Shown here: positions 12,001 through 16,654 of the stretch, piece after piece | How positions within the stretch are numbered: position 1 is the stretch's first letter | Layout of the letters: each line of letters starts with the position of its first letter | Source: an uncultured Holophagales bacterium | GTDB taxonomy: Bacteria > Acidobacteriota > Thermoanaerobaculia > Multivoradales > UBA5704 | Assembly: GCA_963842525.1 (NCBI GenBank) | Contig: CAWJGT010000009.1 | Location: 1,568,001-1,632,000 of the forward strand | Reading direction: 5' to 3' | Length of the DNA stretch: 64,000 bases | Made by a program: the position numbers and the translations under genes | Notes under the pieces: generated by a model | Databases searched by the model: none | Seen by the model: the letters and a program-made list of their open reading frames with translations, nothing else | What the model was told of the DNA's origin: nothing

Positions 12001-14400
12001 CGGCTGTGGCTCGTCGATCAGCTCGATCCCGGCAACCCGGCCTACAACATGCCGCTGGCGCTGCGCCTCCAGGGCCACCTGGACGCCGGAGCGCTCGCCG
12101 TGGCGCTCGGCCAGGTGGTGGCCCGGCACGAGGTGCTGCGCACCACCTTCGGGATCGCCGGGGGCCAGCCGGTGCAGGTCGTGCACCCGGTCGGTTCGCC
12201 GCTCGTGCCGGGCGTCGACCTGGGCGCCCTGGAGCCGGGGGAGCGCGAGGAGGAGCTGGCGCGGCTCCTGCGCGAAGGCGCCGCGGCCCCCTTCGACTTG
12301 GCGCGCGGGCCGCTCTGGCGCGTCGTCCTGTTCCGCCTGGCGCCGCGGGAGCACGCCCTGTTCTGCAACCTCCACCACATCGTCCATGACGAATGGTCGA
12401 CGGGGATCCTGGTGCGGGAGCTGGAGGCCCTCTACGCCGCCATCCGGAGCGGCCGGCCCTCGCCCCTGCCGCCGCTGCCGGTGCAGTACGCCGACTTTGC
12501 CGTCTGGCAGCGGCAGTGGCTCACCGACGAGTTGCTGGAGGGCCGGATCGATGAGCAGCGGCGGCGGCTGGGGGGCGGCCTGCCGGTCCTGCGGCTGCCG
12601 ACCGACCGCCCGCGCCCGCGGCGGCCGAGCTTCCGCGGCGGCACGATCCCGTTGCGCGTGCCGGCCAGCCCGGCCAGCGCCCTCGCCCGCCTGGGGCGCG
12701 AGGAGACCGCCAGCCCGTTCATGGTCCTGCTGGCGGCGCTCAAGGCCTTCCTCTACCCGTACAGCGACCGCTCGTCCGTGGCGGTGGGGACCGACTTCGC
12801 GGGGCGGGGGCGGCTTGAGGTCGAAGGCCTGCTCGGCTTCTTCGTCAACGTCCTGCTGCTCCACACCGATCTCGGCGGGGACCCCAGCTTCCGGGAGGTG
12901 GTGCGCCGGGTGCGCTCCTCCACCCTGGAGGCCTACGCGGACCAGGACCTGCCTTTCGAGCGCGTGATCGCGGGCCTCCAGCCGCAGCGGGAGTCGGGGG
13001 TCCCCGGCGTCCAGGTCCTGTTCGTCCTCAGGAGCCCCGAGAGCGCCAGGCTGCGGCTGCCCGAGGTGGACGCCGCCCAGATCCCCCTGCTGCGGGACAC
13101 CTGCAAGTTCGACCTGGTGCTGGTCGTCGACGCCGGCGAGGAGGAGATCACCGGCGCCCTGTCCTACAGCACCGATCTGTTCGACGGCGGCACCGCGGAC
13201 CGTATCGCCCGGCAGCTCGAGGGCTTCCTGGTCGCGGTCGCCGCCGGCCCCGAGATCCGTCTCGGTCCATTGCACGAAAGACAGCAGATCTTCACCCAGG
13301 AAAGGGGGTCCGGCATGTCCGGCGAGATGGAGGAGAGGGACGGCAGCCCGCGTCCCAAGACCACGTTCAAGAGGCGCAGCGGCAGCCGCAGAGGGGGGGT
13401 CGACCTCTCCCGGATGGACCTCGTGCGGCTGGGGGAGATGAGCCCCGGGCAAACCCTGCCTCTCCTCGTCGAGCCTAACGGCCTGGAACTCGACCTCGCC
13501 GAATGGCTGGCGGCCAATCGCGAGCTTCTGGAGAGCCGGCTGGCGTCCCACGGCGCCGTGCTGTTCCGCGGCTTCGGCATCCGCTCCGCCGCGGCCTTCG
13601 AGCGCTGCGCCCAGGTGCTCTGCCCCGAGCTCTACGGCGAATACGGGGACCTCCCCCGCGAGCAGTTCGGCGAGAAGATCTACTCCTCGACGCCCTATCC
13701 GCCGGATCAGCCGATCCTGTTCCACAACGAGAGCTCGCAGATGCACCTCTGGCCGCTGCGGCAGTTCTTCTGCTGCCTGACGGCGGCCCGGGAAGGTGGG
13801 GAGACGCCGCTCGCCGACGGCCGCGAGGTCTACCGCCGGCTGGATCCGGCGCTGGCGCGCCGGTTCGCGGAGAAGGGCCTGCTCTACGTGCGCAACTTCT
13901 CCGACGGCCTCGACATCGACTGGCGGGAGTTCTTCCGCAGCTCCGATCCGGACACGGTTGAGGCGTACTGCCAGAGCGCCTGCATCTCCTGCGAGTGGGG
14001 CGACGGGTTCCTGCGCACCCGCAAGCTCGCCCCCGCCGTGGCGGCCCATCCGAGGACCGGCGAGACGGTGTTCTTCAACCAGATCCTGGCTCACCACATC
14101 TCGTGCCTGCCGCACGAGGTGCAGGAGTCGCTGCGCTCGCTGTTCCGCGAGGACCTCCTGCCGCGCAACGTCTACTACGGCGACGGCTCGCCGATCGAGG
14201 ACGGGGTGGTCGATGAGATCCGCGCCCTCTATGAAGAGGTGGCGGTCCAGTTCCGCTGGCAGGAGGGCGACATGATCGTGGTCGACAACATGCTGACCTC
14301 GCACGGCCGCCGGCCCTTCGCCGGCCCGCGGCAGATCCTGGTGGCGATGGGCGATATGGTGCGGTCCGAGGACGTCTGGCCCGGGCCCGCCAGCGACTGA
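1..14400 (+). CDS. NRPS, 5'-truncated: (C)-A-T-C-A-T-C-A-T-C-A-T-C-TauD, with a C-terminally fused SyrP/TauD-like hydroxylase
   Basis: 4799-aa ORF beginning mid C domain. Hand-read codes: A1 DATKIGQVAK (Asx-like), A2 NAWFLGHVVK (Leu-like), A3 DAHFMADVVK (Pro-clade), A4 DLFNNALTYK (Ala). Last C has HHIVHDEW; TauD part has FHNESS and DNMLTSHGR. Confidence 0.96.
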   Translation: MTLLAAWKGLLHRYTGQLDLTVGTPIAGRTHLQVEGLIGFFVNTLVLRADLAGDPGFQELLGRVRQIVLDAYTHQDLPFERLVEELQPDRSLSHSALFQVLFTLQNTPQERLELPGLELTALPGSSGEAKFDLSLALGEEGGRLRAVLSYAAEIFDAPTAERLVAHFTELLAAVTRDPAARLSDLPLLREAERHELLVEWNDTRRSLTEGVCVHQLFEAQVERSPEALAVVCAGEALSFGELNRQANRLAHELRGMGVGPESRVVLWVRRSPAMLVGVLGILKAGGAYVPMEAEPPRERLTAILEDLAREGEPPIVVAPAELAGRLAKQRARLVPLEGAGSRSGEENPASGVGLHHAVYLIYTSGSTGRPKAVEVEHGHLLNYLQGIEDRLRLGPGSHWALMQPLSVDACKTALYPPLISGGTLHVVPEERILDGPWLADYLSRHEMDVLKLAPSHLIALQDAVPEADLLPRQWLILGGEASRRDWLLGLRAKGGCRILNQYGPTETTVAVLACEVRADLAGGPSQTVPLGRPLANSRVYVLDAALRPMPPGVAGELCIAGHGLARGYFGRPALTAEKFIPDLFAKAAEPGSRLYRSGDLARYLANGELEFLGRIDHQIKIRGFRIEPGEIEAVLCRHPAVAEAVVTGWEERPGALRLAAYLAGTQRPSTEELRGFLAERLPAAMVPSAFVFLDTLPRTAHGKVDRRSLPLPEALREESAQAPRTPVEEVLAAVWGDVLGLARVGVEDDFFALGGHSLLAVRVVSRLREALGVELPLRALFESPTLEGVAAAVEELRRGGERPVLPPIVRVPREGPLPLSFAQQRLWFLDQLEPGSAAYNIPAGLRLRGRLEVPVLAAALREIACRHEVLRTTFVAVDGDPVQAIGAEPPASLPVIDLRALPESARAEEVRHLARQEALAPFDLSRGPLLRSSLLALAAEEHVALVTMHHIASDGWSTGVLVREIKALYEAFLEGRPSPLPELAVQYADFAVWQRGWLTGEALAQELEYWRRQLAGSPAATALPLDRPRPAVRSWRGGCRTAALAGPLTTALRQLARSSGTTLFMTLLALWKSLLHRYTGQPVLTVGIPMAGRNHLHLEALIGCFVNTLALRADLGGDPGFLDLLGRVRQVTLDAYAHQNLPFEKLVEELQPDRSLRHTALFQVMFTLQNAPQERFELPGLELTALEGSNPEAKFDLVLALRETADGLAATLVYGAELFDGSTAGRMLEHLQQLAESAAAEPGTAISRLSLLPAAQRHQLVAEWNGPGPAAEDAPIHRQVERQAAAAPERMAVRDERSSYAYGELNAHANRLARHLLAMGLAAEDRVCVLLERSADLVMALLAVLKAGGAYVPLDPSYPEERLAFLIADSQAGVDRPLVITREGALAALPADRVGRARVVRLDADAAAFADESGENLPHEGLPGQLAYVIYTSGSTGRPKGVAVTQGSLSGLVAWHGEVFAVVPGDRASQIASPAFNAATWEIWPYLAQGASLAIPKAETRSSPDLLVRWLVEQAVSLCFLPTPLAEALLAEERLDRLPLRALLTGGDRLHLGPPPGLPFALYNHYGPTECTVVATWQRVESGAEGPPPIGRPIAGTEAYIVDAAGNLVPLGAPGELWIGGGSLARGYLGRPGLTAERFTPHPWGGPGLRLYRTGDLVRRLSGGELAFLGRIDRQVKVRGFRIELGEVEAALYAHPVVQSCAVVVRGNPAEDLHLAAYVVAAAMGPAGGAELRAFLQDRLPGPMVPATFTFLAELPLTPNGKIDLRSLPDEIPDKILSTAPRTPIEELLAEVWSDVLGLPRVGVEDDFFALGGHSLPAVRVVSRLREALGVELPLRALFEAPTLGGLAAAVEELRRGSERPALPPIVRVARDGPLPLSFAQQRLWFLAQLEPGSAAYNIPAGLRLRGRLEVPVLAAALAEIARRHEVLRTTFGVAGGEAVQVIAPEPLGGLPVIDLRSLPEAVRAEEVRRLARREGLAPFDLSRDPLLRSSLLALAAEEHVALVTMHHIASDGWSMGVLVRELTALYTAFLEGRPSPLPELPVQYADFAAWQRAWLTGEVLDSQLGFWREHLAGASPVLDLPADRPRPAVFSERGGLRERRQPAEVAAALAAWGRRAHATPFMALLTVWKVLLHRLTGAVDLPVGTPIANRGRLELEGLIGFFVNTLTLRTRVAPELSLREMTARVREGALSAYGHQEMPFERLVEELTPERSLAQSPLFQVMFVLHNNPREDLALPGLTLDRLPSRAVTSKFDLTLFLTQRGDGLAEQMEYASDLFDAVTIDRWLDHFGVLLEAGLAAPDLPLGDLPLLCAAERHQLRCEWNTAAEVGPLLPVHIQVAEQASLAPERTAVIDGARHLSYVEVDRLAEALASRLDARGVATDAPVGIFLERGWEMAVSLLAVLKAGGGCLPLDPGYPPDRLAFMLADSGAPVLITKERLMSQLPAFAGQVVRVEDAEEETSTVWVEAQADAESLAYVVYTSGSTGRPKGVEVPHRVLSNLIAWQLADARVPQARTLQFASPSFDASLHEVFATLAAGGTLVVATSEHRRDPDALLAWLREAAVERLFLPYVALQQLAEAWSRAGGGEPLHLREVMTAGEQLRVTPEITAFFRSLPGAVLYNDYGPSETHVVTSWALAGDPGAWPALPPIGRPLASTSVHVLDRQSQPVPLGVPGELYLGGIMVARGYLGRPDLTAERFLPDPWSEQPGGRLYKTGDLARWRPAGAVDFLGRVDFQVKIRGFRVEPAEIEAVLLAHPAVSEAAVVVRGAGARRRLVAFVQPAGAVEAGDGLHEALWAYLRERLPDYMVPAAIVALEAFPLTPSGKVDRRSLPEIEAMEAGVPAGPRTPVEEMVAGIWSELLSVGEVGPEQDFFALGGHSLLATRVVARVRSTFGVELPVRAIFESPTLAGFAAVVAAGLRSGTGLVAPPTIERADRRQPLPLSFAQQRLWFLAQLEPGSAAYNLPAGLRLTGRLVVPALAAALAEIARRHEVLRTTIATVGGEAVQVVAPEPPGSLPCVDLRGLPAAAREEEVRRLARQEALAPFDLSRGPLLRNSLLSLAADEHVVLVTMHHIASDGWSMGVLTRELKALYEAFVGGQPSPLPELSVQYADFAVWQRGWLSGTVLAAELEHWRRQLAGAPAATELPLDRPRPAVRSWRGGLRTLALPAATSAALVSLARSSGATLFMTLLAAWQSLLHRYTGQLDLTAGTPIAGRNHLQLEGLIGCFVNTLVLRTDLGGDPGFLELVGRLRQVTLDAYAHQDLPFEKLVEELQPDRNLSHSALFQVMFILQNTPQERLELPGLEMAALGGQGLEAKFDLTVAVTEEGGRLRAALGYAAELFDGATAERLLGHFAELLGAAVLEPSARLSELPLLPAEQRWQLLGEWNDRPGEAPPRACLHELFATQARRTPNAVALVDGTRRVSFGELDEWSDALASALLERGLGDGAQVGFFVERGAAMVAALLGVLKAGSAYVPLDPAYPRERLCRMLEGSGVAAVLTQEALRELLPAGAPSLTLEELGVGGRGRKRGIVAPESLAYVIYTSGSTGRPKGVGIEHRSAAELLAWAASAYSREEIAGVLAVTSICFDLSVFELFVPLSLGGTVILARDALALPELPAWGEVTLINTVPSAMAELVRQGAVPSSVRTVNLAGEPLRNDLAQAIHAAGGAGVRRVLNLYGPSEDTTYSTGAEVVPGSRREPSIGRPLLRTQAYLVDPSGGAVPLGGAGELWLGSASLARGYLGHPELTAERFVPDPFGVQPGRRLYRTGDLARFRTDGELEYLGRVDQQVKVRGFRIELGEVEVALGQHPDVREAIAGIVESAPGEKRLVAWVAAGVPGEPLAPRLRSHLRALLPEPMVPSLFVEVDALPRLPNGKVDRRALASLAAREEARPAGDGRAPRTAEEELLATLWAGVLGREAVGLHDNFFDLGGHSLLAMRIVTRASEAFGIEVPLRWLFEQPTVADLARRVAAARSEERGLLLPCIAPVPRTGPLPLSFAQERLWLVDQLDPGNPAYNMPLALRLQGHLDAGALAVALGQVVARHEVLRTTFGIAGGQPVQVVHPVGSPLVPGVDLGALEPGEREEELARLLREGAAAPFDLARGPLWRVVLFRLAPREHALFCNLHHIVHDEWSTGILVRELEALYAAIRSGRPSPLPPLPVQYADFAVWQRQWLTDELLEGRIDEQRRRLGGGLPVLRLPTDRPRPRRPSFRGGTIPLRVPASPASALARLGREETASPFMVLLAALKAFLYPYSDRSSVAVGTDFAGRGRLEVEGLLGFFVNVLLLHTDLGGDPSFREVVRRVRSSTLEAYADQDLPFERVIAGLQPQRESGVPGVQVLFVLRSPESARLRLPEVDAAQIPLLRDTCKFDLVLVVDAGEEEITGALSYSTDLFDGGTADRIARQLEGFLVAVAAGPEIRLGPLHERQQIFTQERGSGMSGEMEERDGSPRPKTTFKRRSGSRRGGVDLSRMDLVRLGEMSPGQTLPLLVEPNGLELDLAEWLAANRELLESRLASHGAVLFRGFGIRSAAAFERCAQVLCPELYGEYGDLPREQFGEKIYSSTPYPPDQPILFHNESSQMHLWPLRQFFCCLTAAREGGETPLADGREVYRRLDPALARRFAEKGLLYVRNFSDGLDIDWREFFRSSDPDTVEAYCQSACISCEWGDGFLRTRKLAPAVAAHPRTGETVFFNQILAHHISCLPHEVQESLRSLFREDLLPRNVYYGDGSPIEDGVVDEIRALYEEVAVQFRWQEGDMIVVDNMLTSHGRRPFAGPRQILVAMGDMVRSEDVWPGPASD
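2161..2990 (+). repeat. T-C(N-lobe) coding segment repeated with high nucleotide identity at about 5338-6160; the C portion recurs at about 8815-9360
   Basis: Long near-identical runs, e.g. gtccgggtggtctctcgcctgcgcgaggcgctcggggtggagctgccgctgcg and gacgatgcaccacatcgcgagcgacgg, recur in the successive modules. Confidence 0.85.
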
Positions 14401-14448
14401 AGCAGCTTGCAACGAGATCGGGTAGCAATCGATATCAAGGAGACAGCG

Positions 14449-14694
14449 ATGAATCAAGCACCGGCAGCCGGATTCCCCCTCACCACCGCGCCGCGCCACG
14501 TGTTCGACCGCGCCATACACGAGTCGGGGGCGTGCTCCCCGAGCAGATCGACGAGGCAGGTGATCCAGCCCCTGCTGGGCGAGGGTCCAGAGGCACCGCT
14601 GGCTGACGCCCGACTCCCCGTGAGGATGTGGTCAATGTCGTTCGCAATGGAGTCCAATCCCGGCGGAGAGATCTCCGTCTTGCGAAGACTCTAG
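14449..14694 (+). pseudogene. Relic 5' end of an interface-domain NRPS gene (MNQAPAAGFPLT...)
   Basis: AAGGAG RBS at 14437-14442 and ATG at 14449. The first 12 codons align with the start of the NRPS at 16655 (MDNQPAAGFPLT), after which similarity is lost. Confidence 0.6.
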
Positions 14695-14708
14695 ACAATG
14701 GTTATACT
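14680..14708 (+). promoter_or_regulatory. Candidate sigma70-type promoter upstream of the radical SAM gene
   Basis: TTGCGA (14680-14685), 17-nt spacer, TATACT (14703-14708), in the only long intergenic, AT-richer stretch of the window. Confidence 0.55.
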
Positions 14709-14912
14709 TGCTCGCTTGCTAGTGATTGGAGTTGCCCTCATGTTGTATCTACTGGCTGTCCTCCTCTCTTGTCGAGCTTCTTCGAACGGCGGGGGGATCG
14801 GGCGGCGCTTGGTGGCCTGCATCCTCGCCGGGCGATCCTTCTCGGGTTCCCGGCGGATCCTGGTAGTGATGGGGGACGGTGCGTTCCGAAGATGTTTGGA
14901 ATTCTCGTCCTC

Positions 14913-14928
14913 TTTTGAGTTCTCAAAA
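14913..14928. promoter_or_regulatory. AT-rich palindrome, possible operator
   Basis: TTTTGAG-TT-CTCAAAA: perfect 7-bp inverted arms, 22 nt upstream of the AGGAG RBS at 14951-14955. Confidence 0.4.
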
Positions 14929-14963
14929 CAATTTGACGGCGCAGCCGTTCAGGAGATCCGACT

Positions 14964-16622
14964 GTGAATGATCAGATTTCTCTGGACTGCATGGTCATAG
15001 GCTATAACGAGACCCCCTTCGAGCGATATGAGCAACTGCTGATGCAGTACGGGAGGGATACCGAAGCGTACCGCGACCTGCAACTCAGCTTTGTCGAGGT
15101 AGACGGACGGAAGCTGACTTATGCGGGGCTCCTGAGCTCGCTGTGGCACCAGGCCCGGGGCGCGTCCGACCCATGCCGGCAGGGGCCGTTCAAATCCGGT
15201 GACATTCCCAACCTTGCCGCAGTCTATCTCACTATCTATCTGCGGCGGCAGGGATTCACGGCGGACTACCTCAATCTTTTCCAAGACGAGAAGGATCGTT
15301 TGGCCGATATCCTCGCGCACGGAGTGCGTACAGTAGCGATTACCACAACGTTCTATGTTCTTAACTTCCCCGTGACCGAGATGGTCCAGTTCATCCGCAG
15401 CATCGATAGTGGAGTGAAGATCGTGGTGGGGGGGCCCCTCGTTGCAAACCATCTCCGCAATTACCATAACCAGGGCGATCTGATTACGGCATTGGACGAC
15501 ATCGGTGCTGACATCTATGTCCATGACTCGCAGGGTGAATGGACGCTCTGCCAAGTCCTGGCTGCTTTGAAGGGCAAGGGGGACCTCGGGCAGGTCCCCA
15601 ACCTGATCTACCGAGAAAACGGAACTTATCACCGCACGGCTGCACATGGGGAGAACAACTCGTTGGACGAGAACGCCATTGACTGGCGGATGCTGTCGGA
15701 TCACGACCTCGGGCCAACACTGCAGACCCGGACAGCGCGCAGCTGCGCCTTCTCCTGCTCGTTTTGCAACTACCCAACCCGTGCTGGTCGTCTGACTCTC
15801 GCCGGTCTCGACACATTGGAGCGGGAATTCAATTCGATGCGCGACTTGGGGAATATCGAGAATGTGATCTTCATCGATGATACCTTCAACGTGCCGCTGC
15901 CGCGGTTCAAGGAGATTTGCCGGCTTCTCATCGATCGTCAGTACGGTTTCAACTGGTACTCATATTTCCGGTGCAGTAACGCCGATGAGGAAACCTTCGA
16001 TCTCATGGCCGCGAGCGGATGCAAAGGTGTGTTTTTAGGTATTGAATCGGGCTCGCCGCGCATTCTCAAGAATATGAACAAGGCGGCAACAGTCGAGAAG
16101 TACGCAAATGGAATACGCAACCTCAAAGAGCGTGACATCCTCACCTTCGCATCCTTCATCGTCGGCTTCCCCGGGGAGACGCCGGAGACAGTGGGGGAGA
16201 CGGCCGAGTTCCTCACCAGCCACCGTCCGGACTATTATCGGGTCCAGCTCTGGTACAACGAACCAGGAACTCCGATCCATGACCAGGCCGATACCTACGG
16301 CATCATGGGAGACGGCTTCGTCTGGAATCACAAGACGATGGATAGCATGGAGGCGATGGATCACATCGAGCGACTGTTCCTGACCATCGATGGCCCCATC
16401 TGGTTGCCGCAATGGTCGTTTGATTTCTGGATCATTCCCTATTTTATGGGAATGGGGATCAGCCGCAAACAGTTCGATCATCAAATGCGGCTCGCACAGC
16501 AGCTTCTCAGCCTCGAGATCGCGTCCGTTGGACGGAGTACGCGTGAGAAGTTGCAGAACGAAATTCTGGGCGCCATGAAACGGGACATCGCCGGCTGGAA
16601 CCCCGCAGTCTCCAGCGCGTAA
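14964..16622 (+). CDS. Cobalamin-dependent (class B) radical SAM methyltransferase, PhpK-like family
   Basis: GTG start with AGGAG RBS; CxxxCxxC motif (RSCAFSCSFC); B12-binding-type region (VAITTTFYV...IVVGGP); FIDDTFN, GIESGS and IVGFPGET motifs; N-terminal DCxxIGxN pattern resembling the PhpK family. Confidence 0.88.
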   Translation: MNDQISLDCMVIGYNETPFERYEQLLMQYGRDTEAYRDLQLSFVEVDGRKLTYAGLLSSLWHQARGASDPCRQGPFKSGDIPNLAAVYLTIYLRRQGFTADYLNLFQDEKDRLADILAHGVRTVAITTTFYVLNFPVTEMVQFIRSIDSGVKIVVGGPLVANHLRNYHNQGDLITALDDIGADIYVHDSQGEWTLCQVLAALKGKGDLGQVPNLIYRENGTYHRTAAHGENNSLDENAIDWRMLSDHDLGPTLQTRTARSCAFSCSFCNYPTRAGRLTLAGLDTLEREFNSMRDLGNIENVIFIDDTFNVPLPRFKEICRLLIDRQYGFNWYSYFRCSNADEETFDLMAASGCKGVFLGIESGSPRILKNMNKAATVEKYANGIRNLKERDILTFASFIVGFPGETPETVGETAEFLTSHRPDYYRVQLWYNEPGTPIHDQADTYGIMGDGFVWNHKTMDSMEAMDHIERLFLTIDGPIWLPQWSFDFWIIPYFMGMGISRKQFDHQMRLAQQLLSLEIASVGRSTREKLQNEILGAMKRDIAGWNPAVSSA

Positions 16623-16654
16623 TTGTGCCCTCGGCGAAGACTTAGAGGGTGTTT

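Noticed and set aside
11611-14520. Long antisense and alternate-frame ORFs (e.g. 969 aa at 11611..14520, 1278 aa at 52293..56129, 777 aa at 5652..7985)
   Set aside because: They are shadows of high-GC3 coding sequence, overlap clear + strand genes almost entirely, and show no recognisable motifs.
14710-14960. Cobalamin riboswitch upstream of the B12-dependent enzyme
   Set aside because: I could not find the conserved B12-box or GCCACTG/GGGAAG elements by eye; an Rfam scan would settle it.
14401-14960. IS element or transposon scar at the seam
   Set aside because: No transposase fragment, terminal inverted repeats or target-site duplication is visible.
14698-14967. 89-aa ORF with a hydrophobic N-terminus
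   Set aside because: No RBS, it overlaps the candidate -10 box, and it has no recognisable family; more likely untranslated leader.
14964-16622. Assigning gene symbol phpK and a phosphinate product
   Set aside because: Only family-level resemblance, and no phosphonate pathway genes in the window.
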